Of a stretch of 64,000 bases of DNA, positions 30,014 to 46,868 are shown piece after piece; position 1 is the stretch's first letter, and each line of letters starts with the position of its first letter. The notes beneath the pieces were generated by a model. That model saw nothing but the letters and a program-made list of their open reading frames with translations. It was not told where the DNA came from and ran no database searches. A program made the translations under genes and the position numbers. The stretch is from assembly GCA_021613535.1 (NCBI GenBank), contig CP075494.1, positions 11,098,001 to 11,162,000 on the forward strand. The letters run 5' to 3'. The stretch is from Adineta vaga (taxonomy: Eukaryota > Animalia > Rotifera).

Positions 30014-30655
30014 ATGGCTGGTGGTAAAGCTGGTAAGTTCGATAAATCTAGAGTATGTCCTTTGTTCTAGTTAGATGTTTTTTATTTAGGTAAAGACCAT
30101 GGCAAAACAAAAGCTAAAGCTGTTTCACGAAGTGCTCGTGCAGGCCTTCAATTTCCTGTCGGTTCGTGTTTCAAATTGTAATATGTTTCTTAGAATAATC
30201 ATTCTAACATCTAGGTCGTATTCATCGTCATTTAAAATCACGTACAACATCGCACGGTCGTGTTGGTGCAACTGCTGCTGTCTACACAGCTGCTATTCTT
30301 GAATATTTAACTGCTGAAGTTCTTGAACTTGCTGGTATGATATATTTATGAATCATGAAAAGATTTTCACTCAATTGTCGTTGTGTTTTAGGCAATGCAT
30401 CGAAGGATCTTAAAGTGAAACGTATCAATCCACGTCATTTACAATTAGCTATTCGTGGTGATGAAGAATTAGATACATTAATTAAAGCAACAATTGCTGG
30501 TGGTGGTGTTATTCCACATATTCACAAGGTATGTTATTCCATAATTGAATTATTGAAATATGAAATGTTTTGTTGCTTTTTAGTCACTTATTGGAAAGAA
30601 AACACCAGTTCAAGGAAGTTTACCTCAACCAACAACCAAAGGAGGTGCACAATAA
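30014..30655 (+). CDS. H2AZ: Histone H2A.Z with extended C-terminal tail (5 exons)
   Basis: [89 protein letters not shown], then [17 protein letters not shown]. Confidence 0.97.
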
Positions 30656-31130
30656 AAAGAAGAATAAACAAAGCATCCGTATTTCTTGAAATTCAAATTC
30701 GTGTACATTTTTTTCACTTAGATTTCTGTTTTTTTTTGTTTTCTCGTTGTTTATTGTGTATGGCTCATCGAAGCAACAATACTTAATTTCTGTGTGTGTA
30801 ACCGTCAAAGATGTATATTCTCTATTCGATAAAAAATAGAAATTGTAGTTCTGATTATAAGATAAGAAATATATATGTTGAAATAAATATACTAATAGAT
30901 GAAATGTACACTTTTCTTGGTGTGACGAATGTATATACAACGACTGAGAAAATTGCTTGCATTGATATCTAATTTCATTTCGATGCTATAGCCTGAACGA
31001 TTGGTTGTGTTTAGGGTAGTTATATGTTTTAAAAGAAAGGCCTCATTCACGATCTCTATGTTATGAACTCATGTCACAATTGTGTTGTCGTTCTCTTGGT
31101 TGATTTATTGTTTGAATAAAAATATCGAAA

Positions 31131-32281
31131 TTAAAAGTTTTTATCATCTCGTAAAATTTGAATTCGATCACCAACACGAATAATTCCATGTTCACTTGGT
31201 GCAAGATAAATTCCAAATTGAGCCTTATTTCCATACAAACTTGGTTTACGACGGTATCTAAAAATGAAAGTTTCAACTAAATAAACGCATAGACAAAATA
31301 AATTACGTTTGAAGTGTTTTCCATGGCTCTTGTTTGGAATCACGGATACCTGTTTCTTGATTAACTGTTGGCAATAAACACCTAAAATCATATTTGAAAA
31401 TTTTTTTAAATCAATAACAATCATCTACGTATTTACCGTAAACAAGAGCGAAACCAACGAAGTTTAACTTTGTCACCAATTTGTATTTCACGCCAATAAT
31501 CCTGTGTATTTCGTTCATATATTATTTATTGTTTTTGAAGTGAAAAAGAACATCTTACTTCACCATATGGTTTATCAACACCACTGACAATAATATTTGG
31601 TCGAAAATTATAGATTTTTATGGGATTTTCTAAACGTTGATTAAGATCTTTGATAGATTCTAATGAACCTAAATGAAATGGAGCCATATCATGATACGCA
31701 ACAGCATCAGAATCGAGTGCTTCATTAGGAAATTCAGGTTCAATATTTTTCGTATGTTGTGGCTCAAATTGTTCATCAAAATAGACTAAATGTAAGTTTG
31801 GTGTTTCTAAAAATTTTGAAAACCAATTGGAAACAGTTTGATCATACATTTGACCTTTAACATTAAGGTCTCTATGGAAGAAATAGATGCACAAATGAGT
31901 TTAGCATTATAAATAATAATACTCGATTTCAATGATCTCTGGTGATACAGGTTTAAATGGAATAACTAATGGTGTCATTCCAGGAGCATCAATTTGAAGA
32001 CCTGTTGATGTAAATGATGGCCGAATCAAAGCCATTCGAGGAAGATGACGTTGATTTCTCTGTCGTGCATCTTTCACAATCATCCATCGCCTAGATTAGA
32101 ATAATCTTGATACATATTTATCGATCGTCAAATTGAATGTTTACTACCGATCAGATAATAATGGATTCGATGGAACGGAAAGACCATAACGCGTTGTTTG
32201 TGCTTCATTAACTGAAAATTCAGCACAAGATTTTATAGGATAAATACGCAATTCTCGAACTTCGATCGTTGATGACGTCAT
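31131..32281 (-). CDS. MOSC-domain molybdenum-cofactor protein (mARC-like) without N-terminal membrane anchor
   Basis: LRIYPIKSC, DRRWMIV, QRHLPRMALI, YHDMAPF, NFRPNIIVSG..PYGEDYW, SCLRCLLPTVNQETG, QFGIYL...GIIRVGD. Confidence 0.9.
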
Positions 32282-33533
32282 TATCGCGTTCTAAACGTTT
32301 TCAGTAAATGATATAAACGAAAACATTAAGTACTTTCTTTTTTCTGATTCTCCCTTTCGCTTCGCTTATCACACTTTTTTTTATAAATGTGCAGGCTAAT
32401 AAGAAATAAAAACACGAAATAGTATAATCAATATAGGGTTAAGTATGACATCTATCGAGTTTTGATTTGTATCATAATTGACCATTATAATTACATTAAA
32501 TTAAGATTTTACAAAATTCGATGATGAAAGTTTTACTTTACATAATGACTGTAAGCAAAAGAAGAAGCATATGATGACACTTGAGAAAAGTAGTCTGTCG
32601 TGGTCAACCTGATCTACACGTGAGAGAACTAATTCTAAATTTATACCGTTTGTTGATCAATTATCTATAGACATGCTTTGTCCAAAAGACTTTTGATAAA
32701 GATTAAGTGTAACAACTGTGAATGTCAGAATGTGTCATAACAAGATTCTTAAAACTTATAATGTTATTTTCGTAGAAATTTCCTACAGATACAAATAAAA
32801 AATAATAGAACTCATCCTTTTAAATGTCTAGTCGAAGTTCATTCGAAATAAGCTTATTATTTTTTGCTTATAATAACAAATAACAGAGATTTGCATGCGA
32901 AATAACAATACTATCAACATTCTTTTCTCTATTTCGAAGAAAATATTTTGTCATCGACCGTTAATAATATATTTCCATGATCTACGCATTCATTAAAAAA
33001 ACTTTAAATAGAAGTATATGAGCACTGATGCGTATACAATGGATATTGCTTGCACTTTTTCTCTTAGGGACAAAGCTAATTTGATAACTGCCGGAAATAT
33101 TATTAACGAGAACCTTCAAAACAAGCAAGAGTTTAATCGTTTTTCTTCTTTGGTATATCGTTAACAAACGCAATAATAACGATCTGATATATAATGTGTG
33201 ATAGGCTAAGACTTATCAATATCAACAAGAAGACAAAAATGTCGAACTTCTATTTCTCTTCTTATGTTTTTACAGTACATAAACAGGATGTCAATATACA
33301 TAGGAGTAGAAAACTACTGTTTGCCTTATTTTTGGTCTCTTCAGTAAGACTAATTTGATGCCTTGCTTCTGTAATACTCACTTAGTAAACAACAGACGAA
33401 AGGGAAAAAGAAAAATATATCTCTACGTATAGAAAGAGAAAATACATCGAGAGTGTCTTTTTCTCTAAATCTCTTTTCTTCATACATCATTGTTTCTCCT
33501 TCTTCTATCACTATATCTGTACGCATTAGAAAC

Positions 33534-35020
33534 ATGTATTCTATGCGTAGTGTTTCTACTGGATATCATTATTCACCACCTTCTCCTACGCCTGTTCCTT
33601 ACAATAATTATTATCAACAGCAAAATAATCGAACATCGCAAGCTCAACATTATTATCCAGGTTCTCAAATAACAAGTCATCTTCCTCCAACACCAACACG
33701 CCGTGTTAATCCCGCATTATCAGTAAATTCTAATCAATCACGACCTACTACATATCCTACCTATGGGAAACAGCAGCAATATAAGTTTTCACAGAGAACT
33801 AATCGTGCTGAAATCGATGATTCACCTATAATTGATCCACGTGCTTTTCAATATTTAAATTCAAACGAACGAAAATTGAAGAAAAAACCTGGATCTGATG
33901 ATATAGAAAGTGGAATTGATTCTCGGCCAATTATTAATCTCGATGCCGTTGCACAGCTAGAACGCCGACGACAGCAACAATTAGACAAGAATAATCGCTT
34001 GCGCGGTGATGATGGGTCCAAAGAAGGAATCGATGATCGATCAATTGTCGATGTCAATGCTTTTCGTTATATCGAAGGCAAAACAAATAAAATTGACAGA
34101 CGAGGTCAAGCTATGACTAGTGGAATTGATGATAGACCAATTACGAATCCTGATGCTTTCAAGTAATTCATAATCTTTTTAGATTATTAAAACAAAAACA
34201 AAAATATATTCTTTTCTTCAGATATATTGATGGTCGACGTCAAAAAAAACCAATCAATCAATCGAACGAACCATCAATTGATACTCGACCGATAATTAAT
34301 CCAGATGCATTTCGATATATTGAAAAACGTGAGATTGTATCACGGAACAATATCGAAAGTGGAATTGACAGTGAACCAATTGTGAATCCAAATGCATTTC
34401 GTTATTTAGAAAATAATTCATCGCCAATTCGTCGTAATATTCAATCAGGTGTTGATTCAACAGCAATTGTTAACCCAAATGCTTTTCAATATATTGAAAA
34501 ACGAACACCAATTAAACAACAAAGACCTGAATCATCTATTGATTATCGGCCCATTGTCAATCCAGAAGCATTCAAATGGATTGAACGAAAAGAAACGAAG
34601 CGTCAAGTTGTTGATGGACCTGATATTGATGAACGTTCTTATGTTAATCCACAAGCTTTTCGATATATTGAACGACGTGTAGAAAAACGAAATAATATTG
34701 ATAGTGGAATCGATGAACGATCATATGTGAATCCAAATGCTTTTCGATACATCGAAGGTTTGGGACCAATGTCAAAAAATAAATCCATACATTCATCTAT
34801 AGGTCCACCTATTGACACAAAATCTTATATTAATACGGAAGCATTTCGTCATCTTGAAAATACCCAAAATCATTCAAAATATAATAATTATTCGGATCGA
34901 GATGGAATCGATGATCGAGCGATTATCCCACCAACAGCATTTCGACATCTTGAATTTGATACTGAATATATTTCTCCTTATCAACATAATTATACATCGT
35001 ATGGTTTATCGGATGTTTAA
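33534..35020 (+). CDS. Orphan tandem-repeat protein (P/Q/Y-rich N-terminus plus 12 IDxRPIxNPxAFRYIE repeats), 2 exons
   Basis: Two long ORFs joined in frame by the intron at ~34163-34221; 12 copies of a 16-aa motif are visible. Confidence 0.85.
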
Positions 35021-35454
35021 TGAATGTTATCTAGGATAGTTTTTGTCAACCCATTTTATTTCTTTAGTAGATTTAATTTGTTTATTATATATTGAAATGT
35101 AATATAGTGAAATGTTAAATAAATAAAAATTCAATTAGTTTTCATTGCATTCTGATGACTTACATCAATCAATGATTTCTAATAAGAAATCTCTCTGTTA
35201 TACAGTTTGAGTTTCTGGTCAGCGCTCGGCAGTTTTTCAGATGCTGAAATGTTGTTAAGAAACTTTGGTATATTTCCCACAACAGTTGGTTGACGAGAAA
35301 GAAAGAAAAACAGATCTTATCTGGGTTTTGTTAATATATATACGTACATAGGGTAGAACAGTACTTTGCTTGTCTAGATATTATCATGACATATACATTT
35401 GAATACCGTTTTACAGAACAATGGTCAAAGTTCAAATATCAATGTTCGTATAGA

Positions 35455-37968
35455 ATGTTTATGTTTCTGGTGTTCGTTATAGTACAATTAGGAGATAGTG
35501 TTACTGTAAATGTAAGTTTTGATGCATGTATTTGGTTCTTATGACTTTTTTTTATTGAAATTTAGATCACTATGTGTCCCATATTGATAGTACCTGATCA
35601 TGGGTATTTCATGTCGGGTTATTGTGAACGAGAAATAGGTTCATTATGTGGATTTGGATGTTTAACTGGCTATCGTCTTGATGATGGAGATAGTTTTCGT
35701 GAATGCCAGTCGAATGGAACGTGGAGTGGGCTTCAACCAAACTGTCAAGGTATATAAAAATCAATCACAATTGATGTTTTTTGTTGTCGATTTTATAGAA
35801 ATTCATTGTCCTCTATTGAAGACAACTACTCACGTGATTCAAGAATGTTTACCTAAACAGAATAGTATCAATCTAAAATTTGGTACTAAATGTCAAGCAC
35901 GATGTATTGAAAGTCATTCTCAACTCTTAGGATCACATACACGTGAATGTTTAATATTAGGTATATGGTCAGGTTATGAACAGTTTTGCATCGGTAAGTA
36001 AAAAAGAATATAGAAAATAGTAAATATTTCTAATAATTTTAGTCAGTAATGAAACGACTACAAATTCAGAAATGACTACTACTGCTTCTGCTATCTCAAC
36101 TTCACCAATGATCACAACTGTTCCAAAGTATTATGGTAAGAATTATTCATCTGTGATCGTCTTCTAAAATCACTTTTGCTTACAAAAAGATTATTCAAAC
36201 TATGCATTGAATATTGATAAGAATGATACGGGTATTGTCATACCGACATTTCAATCTAAACAATTCAGTATTGTATTCTGGTTCTATCTGGAGAATAATA
36301 GTAGTGCAACACTAGTTTCATTAGTACAAAGTAACAATAAAAAAGTATTTGAAATTGTCATTCGACAAAATAAGTGAGTGATTTGAGGAAAAAAATACGT
36401 TGCTCTGCTTTTCATTGTTCATAATTGTTAGACTTCTATATTATCATACGTTCCAAAATCGAACTCAACCAACATTGATCAAAATTTCGACTGCAAAATG
36501 GAATCATTTTGCTTGGACATATTCAATACCAAGTAAACGATCATATTTATATATTGATGGCGCACGTCAACAATCGTTTGATTTCACAGTCATACCTTTT
36601 GATTTTAAAAGTAAGTAAGATGAGATAAGCATGCTTCAAACAAATCATCATTTCATTAGATGTTTCGTCATTGATTCTATTGGATCAATTATTGCATGGT
36701 CGTATAACAAAAGCAGAGATCTGGAACGAAATGATATCTGAACAACAATTATTAGTTAGTTATCGTGATTGTCGAAAACAAAATGGAAATATTTTTTCAT
36801 GGTCAAAAATATCAGATATCATATCAATTGATACACGGAAATTAAAAAGTTCTCAGTTTTGTACTGGTAACTATTTTCAATGAGAGATAATTCTAATGAA
36901 ACGATTTAATAATTAGGTTGTTCTGAACCTGCATCAATTCATGGTGGAACCTATTACGTATCTGATTATGAAATTGGTTCATCAGTCGATTATAAATGTG
37001 ATTTTGGTTATGAAATGATGGGAGCTAGTCGTGCCTATTGTATGGTACCATCGGAATGGTATCCTTTGCCACCAGTTTGTAAATGTAAGTGATATTTGAA
37101 TAGAATATAAACGTTATTTTCCTTTTCGTTTCATGAGACAATCCATGTACAATCAATTGTGAACTGTGTGATAAGAAAACAGGTGTTTGCTCAAGACAAC
37201 AGACAAGATTCAATTCAAATATATGCAATCCTCCATGTAAAGATGATGCAGAATGTATTGATGGGCAATGCACTCAGTTAAACATTGATGATGATGATGA
37301 TGATTCGGATCAGAACGATAATATATGTCAGCCGCCGTGTTCAATTGGAACACAATGCGAAAATGGACGATGTGTAGCAAGTATTACATCGTCTTGTCCG
37401 ATGACATGTCGACATGGACAAAAATGTGTTGATGGTCGATGTGGCTGTTATAAAGGTTCGATAATCAAAGACTATTTGTACTATTAAAATATATAGGGAT
37501 CCAATGATTAGGTTTATGTGAACGTGGTCGTGCTTGTTATGAAATTTGTGAATTCGGTGAACGTTGTTATAATTGGTCATGTAGTTGTGGTTTACAAGGA
37601 AAATGTAATCACGGAGAAGTATGTTTATCAGATATATGTATGTGTGGTACACGACGTGGTGGTTGTCGTCCTCACGAACAATGTGTAAATGGAAGGTGCA
37701 TTTGTAAAACAAATTTTTGTGATAAATGTGATAACAAATGTAAATCCAATGAAATTTGTTTCAATGGAAAGTGTATTTGTTCTAAACAGTGTAGAAATGG
37801 TAATATATGAAATAATCTTTTCATTATTTGATAGAATGTAATTTATTTATAGTATTTTGCCCATTTCCATGTTTACATGGTGGTCGATGCACTGGTTTTT
37901 ATCAATGTACGTGTCATCAAGGATGGACTGGACATCGATGTGAATATCGTTCGAGAAAAAATGTTTAG
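35455..37968 (+). CDS. Secreted Sushi/CCP - pentraxin/LamG - Sushi - Cys-rich/EGF protein (mini SVEP1-like)
   Basis: Signal peptide [13 protein letters not shown]; CCP motifs (CP.L..P.HG...C.FGC..GY.L...[13 protein letters not shown]); [10 protein letters not shown]...LYIDG and G.I...EIWN (pentraxin-like); third CCP; Cys-rich repeats; terminal [11 protein letters not shown]...[13 protein letters not shown]. Confidence 0.8.
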
Positions 37969-38325
37969 TTCAATCAGTCTTTTGATAACAGTATCATCAA
38001 TAGAGTGCCTGAGAGAATACTCATACATAGTTAATGAACAATGAAATTGTCTGTTTTTGCTCTTTTGCTTAGCATAATATTATCATTATTTAACTGAACA
38101 AACATTACTTCATGTATTAACCGAATGATTATACAAGAGACTTATTCACTTCTAATAAGAATAAGTAAAAAATCTTTTTCATTACACATACAAAAGCATA
38201 TTAAGATGTTTATTTTAAAACTGATTATATATTTGTCTGTTACATTAAAACAACATAGAAAGGAAAAGAAAAGTAATTGCACATTATTTGTTCACATGTA
38301 GATTAGATAAGAATATATTTTTCAA

Positions 38326-40677
<2,352 letters not shown>

Positions 40678-41863
40678 TTACGAGAGAGAAATGAAACTAA
40701 TGAATTTATTATATCTCGCAGTTCAGTGTATGCGCTGACAAGAACTGAGAAAAGATTTCTTGGCAATGAACGGCAAAAGGAGGTAAGCCAGTGGAAAGAA
40801 GTTATTATTGGTGGAATAGATTTACGGAAGTAGAGGTCACTATTCCTCAATATAGAATTCGGAAAACTTTAGAGAATGTAATTGATCTACTTTATTGCTA
40901 TTCAAATGCTGCGTCAATGAAAGAAAAGTCGATAACGATTAAGCATACGAACTGTATCTTACCACTTGGCATCCGTAAAGGAGAGTGTTATATGTTAATC
41001 TTAATCTAACAATAAGATTTCATGTTGAATATTATATTCTTTAAGCTGACAGCGATATGGTGACTTGTTATTAAATGTTCCCGAAATTATATACATTGAT
41101 AATATAAAAATTTTGGACGATAAGATCTTGATATTTGTATTTGCATTACGTGAGTCGTTAGAACTATCACAATAATCATTTTCAATGATGTTGATCTACT
41201 TTTAGTATTAGATATAAATAAATATCATTATAGATTCTCTTTTTCAAGTTCATTGTAATCCGTTATTCAATTTCAGATTAAATTTATATCATATTCTTAA
41301 GAGAAGGTGTTACCATTTATATAAATTTACAGGGTAAAAATGGATCAAACAGCGAGGTTGTAAAAGGGGGCGCGCGGGTGCCTCACATATGAATTTAGTA
41401 AGAAAGAGAAAAAATACTATGCGACAATCAAACACTTGAGGGTTTGATGGTGAGTTACAGAAAGAAATGATTCACACCATTGTTGACTCAATATCTCCAA
41501 ATTTTTTACGATTCGTAAAAAAAATAAAAGACGTCAAGGAATAATCAAGTGACTATTGTTGACAATGCGACGTATATCGTAATCTTTAATTGAAATTTCC
41601 CTTACTTATTTGGAATTAGAATTCATAATCTTTTATCATAAAAATAAATAACTTATGGTTACATTGACTCACTAAAATGTTTATACAGAAGGTTCGAGAC
41701 CCTCAAATTCCGAAAAGAATTACTCCTTTTTTTAATTTTTCTTAGAAGGACAGAAGAAAAAAACGTGTCTCGTTTCTTATGTTTATACCTTTTTATCAGC
41801 GATAGCTGTTTTTTTTAAATTTCTCACATAGTCTGAAATTGTACAAAATTCTCTTCTATCAAT

Positions 41864-44800
41864 ATGAAAAGGATGAAATCCGAAGTACAAGAAATTCTTA
41901 CGACTACGAATAAATTCCATAAATCACGTAAGAAAGTAAAATTTCGTCATTTGAAGAAATGTTTTTAATTAACTTTCATAGGATCAAATGATATTATTCA
42001 AACGAATAATCATGATGACTCGTATGATTTAATCACTGATCATAATTTGATTGCTCCACATGAAATATGTCCTAGTGGTATTGGTCCACTTTCTATCCTC
42101 GTCAATCAACATATATCTGATGTATCGTTTTCAAAATTGTATCAAGCAAGGTAATTAGAGAAAGATTTCATATTTTCATGGATTTTTTGTTGTTGTTATT
42201 GGTTTTTATAGTTTAAAATTTGGATGGGAAAAGATATTTACTCAAGATCGACAAAAACTTAAACCTAATGATATATCAGTTTTGAAATGTATTGTTTTCA
42301 ACCGTCTATTACACGAGTATTTAGAAGTAAGATTAATTTAGTTCTCATAAAAAATAATCGGAGGTCGATATTATAAAAAAAAGAAGAAATAAAAATAGAA
42401 GGTCATATTTATTCGAAGTAGAACGTAACGCACTGAGGAAGGCCGTTCACCGATAAGGGTGCATTCGAGTGCAAATAGTGCCGTTTTGTTCTTTTTATTT
42501 TCATCAAATGATGATGTAATTCGACATACAATGAATGTACTTTGTTACCATTAACAATTGCAAATGGTTGTTTTTTTTTAAATACACTTTGAATCGTGTA
42601 TATTTTAGAACTCAGATGTTTTTGTTCAAAAAACGACAAATTTATATAATGAAATAAGAGCTCGAATGGTAACTGACTTCCCATCATGGGTAAGTAAATA
42701 ATAGTTTGTAAAAAAAGTTTTAATCCTAATTTTTAAAATAGACTTCACAAGATTTATTCAATGAAGTTCGTCGTTGGAGAGATGTTCAATGTAGACGACG
42801 TTTGTTTTATTTCAATCATGAGGAATTAATACAATTTCCAGGTTTACTTATGCTACAAAAAGCGTATGTATTGTTTTGGTTAGTTAGTCAAATCATATGG
42901 AATTAAATCTATAGATCAACAAATTGGTGCCATTGTTTAACGAATTATTATCGACAAAATAAAAATCTCTGGGAAACCGAAGGACGTCAACGATTTTCTG
43001 AACATTTGCAACAGTAAATTTTCTTTTTAAGCAAAACAACGATTGAAAACAAGCTTCAATCTTTATTTCTTTAGTTCATTTATTATTGTTGCTCAACCGA
43101 CTGGTGCAGAAGGTGCAGCTGTAACTCAATATATCAAAAGTACTTCCGGACATTTTGCTAGATTGAATACACGTATTATCTGTCTATTGGATCCTGTGAT
43201 TCTTCATAATTATATAGATCTTTCCGATATTGGTAAAGGATTTTCTTACAAAAGTTTTATGATCTCAATCAATCTTCTTCATAGATGTTATACTTTATCC
43301 ATTGAATCGAGAAATAAATGATAAGAAAGAAAAACAATCTTCAATTAAATGGGAAATACGTAAAGTAATGAGTGCTGAAGGTGCTACGATATCACTTTTC
43401 TGTGCTGAAATTCAAACACTTCAATTGGGAAAGAATGATTCGGAAAGTAAACGTCTGTCATTGAACTCAACACTCTGTCAATTAGAATTTCGATTTAAAG
43501 TCAAAGTAAATTTTTCAAATGACCAATTCATTACGAAGATTTTCAATTTTGAAATTAGGTCAAAGATTTTCATTTTGAAGAAAATATTCTTTTAATATCT
43601 CAACCATTTGGAATCTGTTCACATGCTCAATATTTTCCGAAATTTGTTTCACAAATCTTTCTCTACGAAATCAAACATATTTTAAATGATGTAACGATTT
43701 GATTCTCGTTCTATCTTTATTTTTCCTAAGACTTATTTCTAATTCTTTTCGTAGCAAAATCCTATAACTGATCCAAATATTCTTACTATATATGTTCGAC
43801 GATACTATACACGAATGACCGGTTTCGAAATAGCTGAACATACAAATCGATATATTCGAGATGTTTTCACACAAATTATTAATGGTAAGTCATTTACTTG
43901 AAATCATTCCATGTTTTAGATAGATTTCAAATATTTAGATACAAAAAGTACACGTTCTATTAGTACGCTAGATCATATACTTGAAGTAAGAGAAATATTC
44001 AGTTGATATTTGTTTTGTAAAATTTGATTATATTGATATTTAAAAGGATATATTGACGAAAATCATCAGTCAAATTGATTATCTCGTTTTACATCCCGTT
44101 TTATTATTAATGTATAATGATAAGTAAGATGAAATTCTATATATGTCAATTTTGTGATCTGATCTAATACTATTTTTCTAGTCTCTTTCTTGGCATATGT
44201 GATAGTCTTGCTTTTGATCGAAAGTTGAAGGGTAATCGTGAAAAACCTGATGTATTGTTACGTTTAAATACTCTTACGAAACATCAATGGAATAGTAATG
44301 CAAATGTTCGATTTCTAGTTCATGACGGTAGTGATAAAATATTTGATATTTTGTTCTTCTTAACAATTTAGAATAATGTAAAATGTAGGTAATTTAAGGC
44401 GAGCAAGTTTTGATTCGAAATCATTCGTAAATGAACTCTGTAGACTTATTTGTGAATCGGTTAATGTAAAAACAAAACAAGCAACTGTTTTATCTCCAAT
44501 ATCACTTCGTCAATTTACTGATTTTCATTGGTATTTTCGTAAGTAATTCTTCTTATTCTAATCTAGAAAATAATTGATGAAATTTTATTTAGATGATGAA
44601 TTGTATCGATTAAATAAAATGACACCATTAGATAGTGATGCTTATGATCCTTTATTACCGATTCTTTGGATGACAATGTAAAGATTATCATTTTTCGTCT
44701 CGAAATACTATCAACTTTCTCTCTCTCTCTCTTTCGTTTTAGGAGACGCAATGATGATCAACATACTTTAGAAAGAGATGGTGTCTTGCAAAGTACACTT

Positions 44801-45519
44801 CCACGGAAAAAACGAGCACGTTCTGATTCATTTCCAACAATCGAATCTGTTGTATCGGAATGCCAACCAATTCCTATTAATATTGTACTTCATATAAATA
44901 AAATCGATGAATCATCATCACAATCCACGAATTCTTCTACTAATTCTCACATTGGAAATTCTGGTAAGATAATCTAATTTCTTCTTTGAAAATAAAATAA
45001 AATAATATATATATATATATATCTTCAGTTACTGATAAACCATTGACAACTAATGAGAAAGTTCAACAAACGAATAATCCGGATGGTTCTAAAAAGCGTC
45101 GTCAATGGTTAATTGAAATGCCTGAAGATATCAATATATCTCCAGGAGTAATTTTTCAATATTTAAGTGAAAAATTTTTCCATATAATGAACAATCAAAA
45201 TGATAGTATATCTTCTTCCAGTTATTTACTTCGACCTGAACCATCCACATTATCAACGATAGATCTAAAGTATTTGCATAATTCCAAACGGATAACATCA
45301 CCTGTTGATGAATCATCAGATGATTCGAATTCTTCTGTAGAAGTAAGTAGTTTTAGTAATAAGATAACTAATAATACGGTTTTCTATTTCTATGTTTCAT
45401 AGCTAGCGAAAGCTGATTTAGATTCATCAAGTAATGATTCAGTAAAACGGATTAAAGTTAAAGATGAACCATGTGATGCTGATTATGAGACCATATCCGA
45501 CAGAATGACAATTCATTGA
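41864..45519 (+). CDS. Divergent STAT-like protein, array copy A
   Basis: EVRRWRDVQCRRRLF..LLMLQK (coiled coil); SFIIVAQP...TRIICLLDP and QPFGICSHAQYFPKFVSQIFLYEI (DBD); RYYTRMTGFEIAEHT (linker); LMYND.LFLGICD...VLLRLNT (SH2); SDAYDPLLP (post-SH2 Tyr); Ser-rich tail. Confidence 0.72.
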
Positions 45520-46868
45520 GATGATTTTTTTTAATATATTTTTATGGAAAACATTTTATTTTTAATTGAGAATCAAATCATCGTTCCAACGAACCTGAAA
45601 AGTCTTTTGTATTCATTTGTTTACTTTTATAGTTTATAAGTACTGTATTGTTCAAATTGAATTCTCTCATGTGCTTCTCTATTCAATTCATACTTGGTAA
45701 AAGAATATCTATTGATGTTCGATGATACCTAAATTACTGATTGAATATAGATTAGTCTATTCACTACGTTCAACTGAAGTAATAGATTGTGAGACAAACT
45801 TATAGTTAGCAAATGATTCTACCTGATCTCAGATGATTTATTTTGCTTGACACACGATCTTTCATCAGCTAAGTATTGACGTTGAAGAATCGTTACATTT
45901 AAAAGTTTTTGCTAAAATATTGTCTAGCCAAACCAAATAAATGTTTAACAATACGATCAGTATGTAATGAAAATTTTACGCGAGTTACTCATTGAACGAT
46001 GTAGTTATCATAAATAGAGAAGTGCAACGACGCTTCTATGGTAAGACAGCTGGTTTATAACTTGCCATGGTGAAGATTACATTTTCGGTTGTCAAGTTTT
46101 GAAGTTGATAATCATAATAAAAACAACCATTTTCATGACATAATTGTACGGTAAAATTTGCCTGAAGGACTTACTTTCGTTAATGAGAAAGCCACGCCGC
46201 TAGATTTAAAAAATCGCGGAAAGTTAACGTCTGTTTTTTTGTATTTGATAATATAAATTTGATTATTACTTACGATAACACGATGTCACTTGAAAACGAA
46301 AATATATGTCTGGAAGATAACAGTCGTACGTTACAGTTGATATTTTTTCATATTAATTACAACGATTAAGAGAATTGTCTATTGACGTCTTCAAGAGAAG
46401 GAATTTGTATGCTGTGACGAAAATCTATGAAAATAATTTCATTATGAAGAAATTCTTACGAAATTAAAAAAAAGTCTTCGAATTTACATGATTATGACAA
46501 AAAATAATGAATTTCGTTTGTTTTAGTTGTAAAATGTAATACTCATCCTTGACTTGGAGAGAAAGTCTTGCCAACTTACTTATCGTTGGTAAAAACCCTA
46601 GTTAAATAATAGCAAAATAAAATTTTTCGTGGAAAGGTAATCTTTCATGGTAACAACGGCTACGTCATTTTCGTGTTGTTTTATTCGTTGACAGAATAAC
46701 AAAAGAATGAAGCACCGCTGGTTTCTAATAGAATAGAAGACAAAATCATATTTAGCCAAGTTTTTAGTCACGTATTAAAAGCTTAGACAAGTGAATTATT
46801 ACGTGACACATTTTCAGTATAATTGAAATAAATTCTCATACAATAATCCAAGAGATTAATCATCCTAT

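Noticed and set aside
33820-34960. Periodic repeats as a CRISPR-like array or DNA satellite
   Set aside because: The repeats are conserved at the amino-acid level with synonymous variation inside an ORF, and there are no cas genes in this eukaryotic context.
41350-41390. GC-rich patch GGGGGCGCGCGGGTGCC as a transposon end
   Set aside because: No matching inverted or direct repeat, target-site duplication or transposase found in the window.
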